64,000 nucleotides of DNA from Porphyridium purpureum (lineage: Eukaryota), in assembly GCA_008690995.1 (NCBI GenBank), contig VRMN01000003.1, positions 2,046,001-2,110,000 on the forward strand. The letters are read 5' to 3'. A program made the translations under genes and the position numbers. Shown one piece after another: positions 54,893 through 64,000 of the stretch. The notes under the pieces are model-generated. The model searched no databases. It saw nothing but the letters and a program-made list of their open reading frames with translations, and was not told the DNA's origin. Within the stretch, counting starts at the first letter, position 1, and every line of letters starts with the position of its first letter.

Positions 54893-56545
54893 ATGCGGCG
54901 ATGGCATGTGGAACTTTCGTGTGTTCCATCGGATGGCGACGCGCCGTATGAGTGTGATATGAGATGTGCTGCGGGCGGCTCGTTTCAGGGACTGGCAGCG
55001 CCGTCCGCATGGGTTCGGAGTTTGGGTCCCGCCCGACGTGCGCGAAGCGCCGTGTCCAAGTCGATGCTGCGCGTGCCGGTTTGTTTTGTTGCGCAGCCGC
55101 CGGGTCGGGGAATCGATAGGGTGGCGTATGGGGGTTCAAGGAGGGGTGCATATCAGGCATGCGGCGTGCAAAAGCGCGGGCTGTGGATGACGGGTGAATT
55201 CGGTCTCACCGGCTCCGATTGGGCCGATGCCGCCATGGTGGCTGATACGGCAATGACTGCGTTGAGCTTTTCGGCCGCGGCAATGGCGTCGACGGTTTCG
55301 GGGTCTTCCGCGCAATCAGATAAATCCGCGGCGCGCCGTCAGCCGGGGAGACTCAGTGACAACTCAAGTTTAGAGACGAGTACAAAGAGCGTCAGCCGCG
55401 TGCGTCGAAGAAACCCTGCGTCTGGAACGAGCAATGAATGTAGGCAAAAGCAGAGACATGCCGTCTCTTCTCCTGCGGGGGGCTCAGTGTCCGGCTCTGG
55501 GCCTCGAAAGGTGAAATCGCGGTCCAAAAGTCCGCTCTCCGGTATGGAGTCACGACAAAGTGACCCTGTAAATGCAAAAGCAAAGTCAAAAGTGAAACAA
55601 AACAAAGGAAGAGCAAAACAGAGGATCAGAACAAAGGCCCAAGTGGCACTCTCTCGAGCAGAGCGAGGGCTGCTTATGCGCTCGTTTACCGCGAGTGCGC
55701 CAGAGGACCATATTTTTTCCTCCGGTGCCTTGTTGGCAAGACGAGACGGCAGTGGCAGCAGCGTGACAAGAAACCACACAGCAAGCACCGAAGAGACATC
55801 CGCTTTGACGGATGCAGATGAAACGTACAAGCAAGACCTCGAAATCAAGCGCCCAACATTACTACCGCTTGCCTCGTCGCTCGGTACTTTTCTCGGCGAT
55901 TCGAAAACCGTGCCCGTGTTCAAGCCTTCTCTAGAGACTGGGAGTCACACCGAGATGTTCACAAGTGCCGCTTTAGAGTTTGCGGGTGATGTATTGCCTC
56001 AGGCGGAACACTTTGGCGGGCCTAACCGGACCCATCTGAGCCAACTCGCGCGCAACATTTTTGTGTTTTACGACGAGTATGTGTTCCAGAACCAGCTGCG
56101 CGACCATACGTACATCAATTGGAACCGGCGGCTGCGAAGTACAGCGGGGCTCACGCGGTTCCTGGAGGACAAGCGCGGCGGCAGCTCGCTGCGCTTCTCG
56201 GTGATTGAGCTCAGTAGCAAGGTGTTGACATCATCAGAGCGGCTGTACGCAACGCTGGTGCACGAACTCTGCCATGCGGCGCAGTGGGTGGTGGACGCCG
56301 AATACCGCCCGCCCCATGGCGCTGCTTTCATGCGCTGGGTGCGCCGGTGTGAGAAAATCGACCCGGCGCTCTCGATCACCACATGTCACAACTTTGAAAT
56401 CCAGTACCGCTTCTGGTGGGCGTGCAGCCAGTGCGGCGAGGCATACGGAAGGCACTCCAATTCCATTGACGTGCGAAGTGTCGCATGTGCGCGCTGCAGC
56501 GGCAAGCTGCGCCGCACAATCCCTAATCAGGTTCGAGACCACTAG
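54893..56545 (+). CDS. SprT-like zinc metalloprotease (GCNA/ACRC-type) with long disordered N-terminus
   Basis: WNRRLRSTAG, IELSSKV, TLVHELCHAA (HExxH), PHG..F, CSQC...CARC zinc ribbon. Start uncertain. Confidence 0.87.
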   Translation: MRRWHVELSCVPSDGDAPYECDMRCAAGGSFQGLAAPSAWVRSLGPARRARSAVSKSMLRVPVCFVAQPPGRGIDRVAYGGSRRGAYQACGVQKRGLWMTGEFGLTGSDWADAAMVADTAMTALSFSAAAMASTVSGSSAQSDKSAARRQPGRLSDNSSLETSTKSVSRVRRRNPASGTSNECRQKQRHAVSSPAGGSVSGSGPRKVKSRSKSPLSGMESRQSDPVNAKAKSKVKQNKGRAKQRIRTKAQVALSRAERGLLMRSFTASAPEDHIFSSGALLARRDGSGSSVTRNHTASTEETSALTDADETYKQDLEIKRPTLLPLASSLGTFLGDSKTVPVFKPSLETGSHTEMFTSAALEFAGDVLPQAEHFGGPNRTHLSQLARNIFVFYDEYVFQNQLRDHTYINWNRRLRSTAGLTRFLEDKRGGSSLRFSVIELSSKVLTSSERLYATLVHELCHAAQWVVDAEYRPPHGAAFMRWVRRCEKIDPALSITTCHNFEIQYRFWWACSQCGEAYGRHSNSIDVRSVACARCSGKLRRTIPNQVRDH

Positions 56546-56738
56546 ACCCTCCCACACATAGGCATTTGGGTTGACAAAAAAATGAAACGAAGGGTCGATT
56601 CCCTCTCGAACCAGACCCGAACGAGTATTTCTCACTCCTTTCACGAGCTCAATCGATCTGGTCGAAGCGCGTTGGCAAAAGTTGAGCAAGTCTATAGGGA
56701 TATTGACCAATTTGGCTGCGTGCTTATCGCAGCGGGTG

Positions 56739-59063
56739 ATGGATTTGTTTTTGCTCTTTGCGTTTGTCCCACCCGGAGTTCCGCCGCCCGGTGCTCGAAA
56801 GGCGCAGAGTATTTCGGGAAGAACGGGGGTTTTGCGCGGAGGACGAGACCGCTCCCATCCATCTGCGGCGGTGCTGCGCCGTGCGACTGGGTTCCAACCG
56901 TCCTCGCCACAGAAAGGTCAGGGCAATGGGCGAGTACCGAATCAGCCCAATCCAGGCGACTCGGCGACAGCGCCCTCGGCTTCCTCTTCCGCACAGTCAC
57001 CGCCTGCTGGGCAGAACGCCGAGGGAGCCAGACGGGCCGCGAAGAAGAAATCGGAGCGTGGCCCAAAGAAGAAGAAAAACGCAGGCTCGCGCTCTTCTCC
57101 AGCGACGAAAGTCCAGCAGAAGGATCAGGACTTGTCGGCCATGCTCCAGGAAGATTTTGGTGTGCGCGTCCCGCATCGGCAAGACGGTGTCGAGTCTGAC
57201 CAAGTGCAAGAGCGAAGCATGTTTGGGCAACGCCTCGCGCGTTCACAGCAAATGCAGCAGGTGCAGCAAGCCCAGCCTGGGAGGAACATCGAGAATGCCG
57301 GCGAGGAAAAGGGAGAAGAATGGCTACCGGTTCCGGCACCGAGTTCGAGCTCGACATCGTCGGCTTCGCCTCCACCGTCTGCGTCACCAGGCATGCTGAC
57401 TCCGGGAGGCACGGGTGCACCGAGCATGCGAGCAGGAGATGCCGACGAGCAGCAGTTTGAGCGCGATCTTGGGCTGGCAGGACAGTATTCGAATCGATCA
57501 TCATTGCCGATGTCGACACAAGTGCCGCCTTATAACCTGCCGGATCCAGTTGTTGGCTCTGTTCCTGCGCCCGCTGGGTCGGCGGCCAGCCCGATGCCGG
57601 AAGTGGTTGACGTTAATGTGGTACCTGTTGGCTCGAACTATGCGATGGAGAGCAAGACTTTCGATGATATGCTGGACGAGCTGGCGATTCGCGCAGAGGC
57701 AACATCTGGCCGCTTGTTCCGCACGTCGGACCCACTGGTGTCGCAGGCGCTCGAGGAAGTATGGCATGATCGCGTGATGCACCAGAGGGATATTAAGGAC
57801 GGCATTCCCCAGTACGACGTTACTGGATCGCCCTTCCTGGACAGCTACACCATGGCATGCTCAGGATCGCTCTTCTTGGCGCAGTCTCGGCTTTACCGCG
57901 GCGTTGGCGTGATCATCACTCATAACTTTGGCGATTTTACCGTGCCGCTGCCGTCGCTGGATGAACTTGGCGACGGTGAGGAATTCGAGAGTCCTCAGAG
58001 CACGAGCGTGCGGCACTCGCTTGAGCAGTGGAGCCGGTGGAAGGCACATGCAGTTTATCTTGTGACGGGCCTTCCTTGCATCGCCGAAAGCACTGACTTT
58101 TGCGTCCCAGCGCAGCCGCAAATGCGGAATGATCGCGGCTTTTACGCACGCGTGTGGAACTCGGACATTGTTGAAAAGGCAGTGCAGCGATTCGGACCCG
58201 TGTCGCCACCAGAGCGTCGTGCGCGCTTCGAGAGCGTGGCCGTGTACTATGATGGCGAGACTGAGGTGGTGGGCAAAGGCGTCGTGGAGTGCGAGCTCGA
58301 GTTTATGAATCCGTCGCGGGCCATCATCGCCATGGCGTCTGCGTTAGACAACGTGTACAAGGTGTTGTACAAGCGGTTCTCGTTTGACCTGGCGTATTTT
58401 GATACGATCAGCCGCGATAACGAGATGCGTGATCTCCAGCAAACAACGATGACGGGCGCGACGTTTTTGAGGCAGCGCATCATGAACGAGGCCAAAGTGC
58501 TGCGCGACGGCATCCTCAAGGTGAGCAGCTTTTTGAACCACAAGGTGGACACGCGCCTGATGGACCTGTGCGGGCAGGAGCTCGCAGCGCGACTGCAGTC
58601 CACGCGCCCGAACAAGGTGCTGACTGTTGAGGCGACCGGACTGATTCCGGGCCTCACTGTTGCGCGCGTTCTGAACGTGCCCCTGGTGTTTGCGCGGAAG
58701 AGCCGGCCGATCTCGATCTCGGACTCGTACCAGACGACGTACCGCAGCGCGACCAAGGGTACCACGAGCGAGCTTGTGGTGAGCGAGGAGTACCTCGGTC
58801 CCAGCGACCGAGTCATCATTATCGACGACTTCCTTGCCGGCGGCAGCACGGTGGAGGCGTTGTTCAAGCTGGCCCGCATGGCGTCTGCGCGGGTGGTGGG
58901 CGTCGGCGTTCTCATTGAGAAAGTGTCCGACAGCGGCCGCACTGCTCTGAGCGGGTACGATGTGCCGATCATCAGCCTCGCGAAAGTGTCCAAGATAGAA
59001 GAAGGCCACGTCGAGGTGCTTGACGAGCCGCCATTCAACCGCATCGAACGCGTTGACGAGTAG
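56739..59063 (+). CDS. xpt: Xanthine phosphoribosyltransferase (Bacillus Xpt-like) fused to a long N-terminal region
   Basis: The last ~200 aa carry ILKVSSFLNHKVD, KVLTVEATG, VFARKS, DRVIIIDDFLAGG (PRPP loop) and GVLIEK. Confidence 0.85.
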   Translation: MDLFLLFAFVPPGVPPPGARKAQSISGRTGVLRGGRDRSHPSAAVLRRATGFQPSSPQKGQGNGRVPNQPNPGDSATAPSASSSAQSPPAGQNAEGARRAAKKKSERGPKKKKNAGSRSSPATKVQQKDQDLSAMLQEDFGVRVPHRQDGVESDQVQERSMFGQRLARSQQMQQVQQAQPGRNIENAGEEKGEEWLPVPAPSSSSTSSASPPPSASPGMLTPGGTGAPSMRAGDADEQQFERDLGLAGQYSNRSSLPMSTQVPPYNLPDPVVGSVPAPAGSAASPMPEVVDVNVVPVGSNYAMESKTFDDMLDELAIRAEATSGRLFRTSDPLVSQALEEVWHDRVMHQRDIKDGIPQYDVTGSPFLDSYTMACSGSLFLAQSRLYRGVGVIITHNFGDFTVPLPSLDELGDGEEFESPQSTSVRHSLEQWSRWKAHAVYLVTGLPCIAESTDFCVPAQPQMRNDRGFYARVWNSDIVEKAVQRFGPVSPPERRARFESVAVYYDGETEVVGKGVVECELEFMNPSRAIIAMASALDNVYKVLYKRFSFDLAYFDTISRDNEMRDLQQTTMTGATFLRQRIMNEAKVLRDGILKVSSFLNHKVDTRLMDLCGQELAARLQSTRPNKVLTVEATGLIPGLTVARVLNVPLVFARKSRPISISDSYQTTYRSATKGTTSELVVSEEYLGPSDRVIIIDDFLAGGSTVEALFKLARMASARVVGVGVLIEKVSDSGRTALSGYDVPIISLAKVSKIEEGHVEVLDEPPFNRIERVDE

Positions 59064-59295
59064 CTGAGTCACTAAATTTCACTTTGGGCGTGCGGTACAC
59101 GCTCTCCCTAATGAAACCGCCTCGCTTTTCTATGACGCTGCGCTAATCGGCTTGCGGTCATGCGGCAAAAACCAAAAAAAGAAGAGGTGGTTTGGTGTGC
59201 GCGCGGACAGTAACGTGTATGTGTGTGTGTGCGACGAGCTGACATGCGGCGGTGAGAGTGCGCGTGGGGTCGGAGCCGTCGTCGTCGTATATCGC

Positions 59296-61044
59296 ATGGC
59301 GTTTCTGAACGCGTGGAGCAGCGGGACTCGCGCAAATGGCGTGTCCTTGATAGACCTCGCTAACGGCGATCGTGGCTTGAAGCGCAGCAGCCACAAGAGC
59401 CGGCCCGCGCGGATCGGCAGGATGGCGTGCTCTGCGCATCGTGGCACGCGGAATCGGTATCGGTATGCCGCTCCGGATTTTGCCACCATCGTAGCCGACG
59501 CCCACCTCGGGAGGCATCGGCGGCAGCACTCAATTGCCATGTCCATGCGGGGTACTCGGTGCGGGGCTGCGAGTGCGGATGACGTGGACGATGCCGGGAA
59601 TGAGCTCACCGACACAGACTTGGAGAATGAGGACATAGGCAGCGGTGCCTCGCGAAAAGGAGTTGTGCCAGCAGAGGCGCAGCGCGCAAATGTTCAGAAT
59701 GGTACAGGTGGAACTGCGAGTCCCCAGCAAGTCGCAGAGCGTAAGAATAGCACGACTCGCTCGTCTATGGCGCTGTCACGGAGTATAACGTCACGCAAGT
59801 CGTCCTGGAGCACCGTGGTGAATGATGATTCTGACGAAGATGCAGAGCACGGCTCAGATGTGTCGCAGATGGCAGATCCGATGCGCGCGCGCAAGATCAT
59901 GGAAGACGCGTCGGAGCGTGCCACACGCCGCAAAAAGCTCCTATCTACACAATCAGTTCCCCTGCAGGGCAGGGCCAGGCCTGCTGACCTTCTTCCCGCT
60001 GGTCCGCGAGTCACCACAGGGCAATCGCAGGACGTTGTATCGAGCGAGCCTGTAAGGACTTATCGTGTTGCGTCTTACTGCACGGCGCAAGAGTTTCGTA
60101 TGCGCTCGCTTGCTCGCGTGCTTGCTCGTCGCCGCGGGCTTGTGGTTGAGGCCTTTGATGGCGTGCTGCACGCCGTCGAGCGCGACTCGGAGCTGGACGT
60201 TTTCTTTTTCCCGTACGGCGCCGTGGTGATCTGGAGTATGGCAGATGAGTCGGAAGACCAAGCCGTGCTAGACTCGCTGAAGCCCTTTGAACGCAACCCG
60301 CTGGAGGAGGCCGAAAGTGATACGTTTGGCTTTCAGCACGGAAGTCCTGGCGGGGGTGTGCCGCGGATGCGCGAAGACGTCATCGTGCTGGATTACGACT
60401 CAGGGGCGGATCCAGGCAACGAAGAGGCTCGGCAGAATGAGATTCTGGAGCGGCTTGCGGTTTCACATGCGCTCGCCCAGTCTGTGAGGCTAACAACGAT
60501 TGAAGACTCTGTTCAACGGACCATTGCCTCGACGCGGGAACTTCCCGAAGAAATGGCTCGGAACGGTGCGATCAGCAAGTCTCACAAGGACATTTCGCGC
60601 TTCATGGGCCGGCTCATCACGGACCGACACAACGTGTTTCTTTATGCGGATGTGTTGGACACGCCGGATTTCTTTTGGGAGAATGAGCGCTTCGAGCCCA
60701 TTTATCGTGTGGCGGAGCGCTACCTCGAGCTCAGGCAGCGCGCAGAAGTGCTCAATCGGCGCGTGGAAGTGGTTCGAGACCTGTTCGAGCTGCTGTCACA
60801 GGAGCTGCAGTACAAGCACGGCACCGACCTCGAAATGATTGTGATTGGGCTGATTGCGTTTGAGATTCTCATCACTCTTGTGAAGGACGGTCTGGAGGTA
60901 CTGTCGGTGCGACGCGCTGGCGGTCGTATCGATGTGCTTTCTGCCATCGGTCTCGTCTTTGTGGTCACCGCCGTCAGCTTTCTTGTTGCCGCGCTCCTCA
61001 TCTTCATTTGGAAGAAGCTCATTGGCCGTGTGACAAGAGTTTAA
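59296..61044 (+). CDS. RMD1/DUF155 family protein, putative organellar targeting
   Basis: YCTAQEF, FFFPYGAVVIW, AVSHALAQSVRL, LDTPDFFWE, YLELRQRAEVLNRR, LEMIVIGLIAFEI; MAFL start. Confidence 0.9.
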   Translation: MAFLNAWSSGTRANGVSLIDLANGDRGLKRSSHKSRPARIGRMACSAHRGTRNRYRYAAPDFATIVADAHLGRHRRQHSIAMSMRGTRCGAASADDVDDAGNELTDTDLENEDIGSGASRKGVVPAEAQRANVQNGTGGTASPQQVAERKNSTTRSSMALSRSITSRKSSWSTVVNDDSDEDAEHGSDVSQMADPMRARKIMEDASERATRRKKLLSTQSVPLQGRARPADLLPAGPRVTTGQSQDVVSSEPVRTYRVASYCTAQEFRMRSLARVLARRRGLVVEAFDGVLHAVERDSELDVFFFPYGAVVIWSMADESEDQAVLDSLKPFERNPLEEAESDTFGFQHGSPGGGVPRMREDVIVLDYDSGADPGNEEARQNEILERLAVSHALAQSVRLTTIEDSVQRTIASTRELPEEMARNGAISKSHKDISRFMGRLITDRHNVFLYADVLDTPDFFWENERFEPIYRVAERYLELRQRAEVLNRRVEVVRDLFELLSQELQYKHGTDLEMIVIGLIAFEILITLVKDGLEVLSVRRAGGRIDVLSAIGLVFVVTAVSFLVAALLIFIWKKLIGRVTRV

Positions 61045-61194
61045 GTGCGAAAAAACAAAAAACAAAAAAAGCGTTAAAAATTAAGGTATAGTGGGTACAT
61101 CCGACTGAATTGACTGTACACCCATCACAGGATTGGGGTGCGCGTGTGTGGCGCGCGGGCGAGATGCTGCCGTGCGATTGCGACGTCGAGCGTG

Positions 61195-62193
61195 ATGGCT
61201 GCCGAAACCTCGCGCTGGGCGGCGACGGCGTTCGCTGTGTTTCCGTGCGCCGGGCAGGCGAGACGCGACGTTCGCGCCACGCGTGGTCTCGTCTCTTCGC
61301 GAGCGATGCGCGTTCAAATGGGCGCCGCGGGAAGCCGCGATCTGCTGGTGGTGGGAGCCGGAGAACTCGGAAAGCGCGTGGGGCGTCTCTGGAAGCAACA
61401 TGAAGAGACGAGCTCTGCGCGCGTGGTGGCGGTCACGAAAAGTAACGCATCGCATGCCGAGCTTCGTTCGTATGGCCTGGAAGCGTATACGTGGGAACAG
61501 TACATGGCCGAACGTGACGCCGCGGATCCAGGGCTTGCGTTCCCGTACGTGCTCCTAAGCGCGAGCTTTGGCGCAATCGCGCAGGATCCTGCATTGGTTG
61601 CATCGGCCTTGTCGCAGTGGGACGCAGCGTCTGATGGTGTCTTTGTGTACACATCGTCAACAGGTGTTGTGGCGACTGGTGCGAAGATTCTGGAACCTGG
61701 TGTGGTCCTGGATGAGAATGCGCCGCTGAGTGAAGAGCCGCGCGCGCAAAAGTTGGCACACATTGAGCATCAGGTTCTGCAAAATGCTGGCTGCGTGGCG
61801 CGGCTGGCAGGGCTGTACACGCGGACGCGCGGTCCGCATAATTTCTGGGTGCGTGCGGGCAAGGTTGATTCCAGCGCAGACTGTATGATCAATATGGTGC
61901 ATTACCAAGACGCGGCACGATATGTGACGGCCACCCTGCGCAAGGGAGAAGAGGCGAGGAACAAGTTGCTGCTGGTGACAAGCGAGGCTTTAAGCAGGCG
62001 CGAAATATGCGAAGCAGCCATCGAAAAGGTTCCAGATCTTCAGCCGCCGGCCGGCGCGGAGATGCAGTACGGCCCGCCTGCCGAGGCGTGGGAGTCGCGT
62101 CGTGTCTTCAGTAACGACTGGACACGTCAGTTTCTGGACGGAATCGAACCGCTCTTTCCCACTTACCGCGACGGCCTGGCGTGGACTGAGTAG
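61195..62193 (+). CDS. Atypical SDR / NAD(P)-binding Rossmann protein, putative plastid
   Basis: LLVVGAGELGKRV, FVYTSSTGV, RLAGLY, INMVHYQDAA. Confidence 0.85.
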   Translation: MAAETSRWAATAFAVFPCAGQARRDVRATRGLVSSRAMRVQMGAAGSRDLLVVGAGELGKRVGRLWKQHEETSSARVVAVTKSNASHAELRSYGLEAYTWEQYMAERDAADPGLAFPYVLLSASFGAIAQDPALVASALSQWDAASDGVFVYTSSTGVVATGAKILEPGVVLDENAPLSEEPRAQKLAHIEHQVLQNAGCVARLAGLYTRTRGPHNFWVRAGKVDSSADCMINMVHYQDAARYVTATLRKGEEARNKLLLVTSEALSRREICEAAIEKVPDLQPPAGAEMQYGPPAEAWESRRVFSNDWTRQFLDGIEPLFPTYRDGLAWTE

Positions 62194-62270
62194 GCAGAAG
62201 GATTGAAAATAAAAAGTGCACGGCACAGAACTTCATAAATACAGCGAGCTGCGGCTCTCCGTTTCTATCT

Positions 62271-64000
62271 TTACATCCCGCTCCAGCGATCGCTAAGCAA
62301 GCGAAGCCCGTTGAGGCCAACTAACACTGTGCTTCCTTCGTGTAGGCACACACAGAGCCAGAGCGGCACAGAAAATGCGACTCCGAGGGCACTCGCGAGC
62401 ATCATCATACCAAGCGCAAACGTAACATTTTGAACGACAATACGCTGCGCCGCGCGCGCCTTGCGCTGGAACCACACGACATCCTGGATGCGCTGGCGCA
62501 TAATCACAACGTCAGCGGCGTGGATTGCGGTCGCCGAGGCGTTTTCGTGTCCGATGGACGCGCCAACAGTAGACGCCGCTAACGCGGGTGCGTCATTAAT
62601 GCCATCACCGACGTACAGCACTGAATTCTTTCCGTCGCTGGTATTGAACGACGAAATCAGTTCAAGCTTCTCCTCGGGCTTCTTCTCGGCCCAGACGTCG
62701 TCGATCGAGCCGATCCGCTGAGCCAGTCTCAAGGCACTAGCGGCACGGTCGCCCGTGAGCATACCCACGCGCACTCCGGTCGCTTTGAACGCGGCCAGCG
62801 CCGCGGCTGCGTCTGGGCGAGGTGCGTCCTGAAACCGGAAAAGAGCGAGCTCACCGAGTGAAGAGTGGTACACTGCGATAGATTCGCCTCGCGATTCGCC
62901 CAGCTCTGCGCGCTCGTGCATCCAACGTTTCTGTGCCTCTGTCAGCGAGCCCTGTTCTTCAAGAAAGGTGGTGCGGCCAAAATACACAGCCTCATTTGAC
63001 TCTGCGTGGGTCAGATCCGCTTTGGCGTACAGACCCTGTCCTGATACAAACCCAAAACCGCGCACCGATATGGGCTTCACACCGCGTTGCGCGGCCTCGT
63101 TCAGCACAGCTACCGCAATGGGGTGCACTGTGTTATCCTCGAGTGCCGCCGCCACGCTTAGCATGCGCGGAATATTGGTCGTTGCATCGCTGTGCTCATC
63201 GTAGCAGTCAATGCCCAGTAGCGCCGGTGTGCCGGTTGTCAGCGTGCCGGTCTTGTCGAACACGACTCGCCGGACATTTGCAATGGCCTCCACAGTGCGC
63301 GCGCCGCCTTTGACGAGCACTCCGCGTCGAGCACACGCCGACAGGGTCGACAAGTATGCTACGGGGGCGCCAATGACGAGCGCACAAGGGCTGGCCGTGA
63401 CCAGGAAACCAAGTGCGCGGCTGAGCGAACCAGCGGGGCCAACGTACGGTATGTGAGCACGGAGCACAAAACGTGCAAGCGGCGGGAGCAGCAGCGCAAT
63501 GGCAAGCGAGCAACACACGATGAGCTGCGCGTAGGTTCGGCCGAATCGGTCCAAAAAGCCCTGAAGCTGCGGCCGGTTTTGCTGCGCAGTCGTCACCAGC
63601 TTGATCATGCGGGACACGGTGCTCTCTGCGCCTGTTCGGAGCACCTTCAGAGTCAATGTGCCATCGACGGTCCTCGCGCCCGCCGGGATTTCGCTCCCAC
63701 GCTCCACAGCGCGGGGCTCTGCCTCGCCTGTAATGTGTTCCATGCTAACATAAGGCGCCCCCTCGATAACGATGCCGTCACAAGGCGCCAGCTCACCTGT
63801 GCGGACAAGCAAGAGATCACCTACGCAGACCTGGTCGATTGGCACAAGCTCGTAGCCATCGCCCGGTGCGCCCGGCGTCTTGCGGTACGCAGTGCTCGCA
63901 GACAGCTCCTGGAGCGCATCGAGATCGCCGCGCGCCTTTTCCGTGACGCGCTTCTCTGCTGAGTGCGATAAAGCGTAGAGTGCCATGAGCAGCGCGCCCT
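62271..64000 (-). CDS. HMA1: P1B-type heavy-metal ATPase, HMA1/P1B-4-like (5' end outside window)
   Basis: TGE, SPC motif (TASPCAL), DKTGTLT, HP, TGD, GDGINDAPAL, HEGST. Confidence 0.92.
   Translation of the reverse strand, partial: GALLMALYALSHSAEKRVTEKARGDLDALQELSASTAYRKTPGAPGDGYELVPIDQVCVGDLLLVRTGELAPCDGIVIEGAPYVSMEHITGEAEPRAVERGSEIPAGARTVDGTLTLKVLRTGAESTVSRMIKLVTTAQQNRPQLQGFLDRFGRTYAQLIVCCSLAIALLLPPLARFVLRAHIPYVGPAGSLSRALGFLVTASPCALVIGAPVAYLSTLSACARRGVLVKGGARTVEAIANVRRVVFDKTGTLTTGTPALLGIDCYDEHSDATTNIPRMLSVAAALEDNTVHPIAVAVLNEAAQRGVKPISVRGFGFVSGQGLYAKADLTHAESNEAVYFGRTTFLEEQGSLTEAQKRWMHERAELGESRGESIAVYHSSLGELALFRFQDAPRPDAAAALAAFKATGVRVGMLTGDRAASALRLAQRIGSIDDVWAEKKPEEKLELISSFNTSDGKNSVLYVGDGINDAPALAASTVGASIGHENASATAIHAADVVIMRQRIQDVVWFQRKARAAQRIVVQNVTFALGMMMLASALGVAFSVPLWLCVCLHEGSTVLVGLNGLRLLSDRWSGM

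Noticed and set aside
1..64000. CRISPR arrays, rRNA, prokaryotic operons or defence systems
   Set aside because: Eukaryotic nuclear gene content; no spaced direct repeats or rRNA motifs observed.

Overview
Compact, GC-rich, almost intron-free eukaryotic nuclear DNA. It is most consistent with a unicellular red alga of the Porphyridium type (inference from gene density, lack of introns, MAFV/MAAFV-type plastid transit peptides and gene content). About 26 protein genes are recognisable, including POLA2, a MIR-less protein O-mannosyltransferase, SART3/Prp24, V-ATPase c, PI synthase, a 4.4-kaa ATM kinase, Cdc25, phytyl ester synthase, class II PurE, aminopeptidase P, Brr6/Brl1, a SprT/GCNA protease, an Xpt fusion, RMD1 and an HMA1-type P1B ATPase. 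The most notable signal is non-coding: two circularly permuted tRNA genes with the 3' half encoded upstream of the 5' half. tRNA-Lys(UUU) lies on the minus strand (45234-45334, junction 59/60 in the T-loop). tRNA-Glu(UUC) lies on the plus strand (53414-53538, junction 37/38) and also carries a 23-nt T-loop intron. Both have bulge-helix-bulge (BHB)-like splice motifs, a hairpin spacer, an upstream TATA-like box and a T-run terminator. All calls come from reading motifs by eye; no searches were run.
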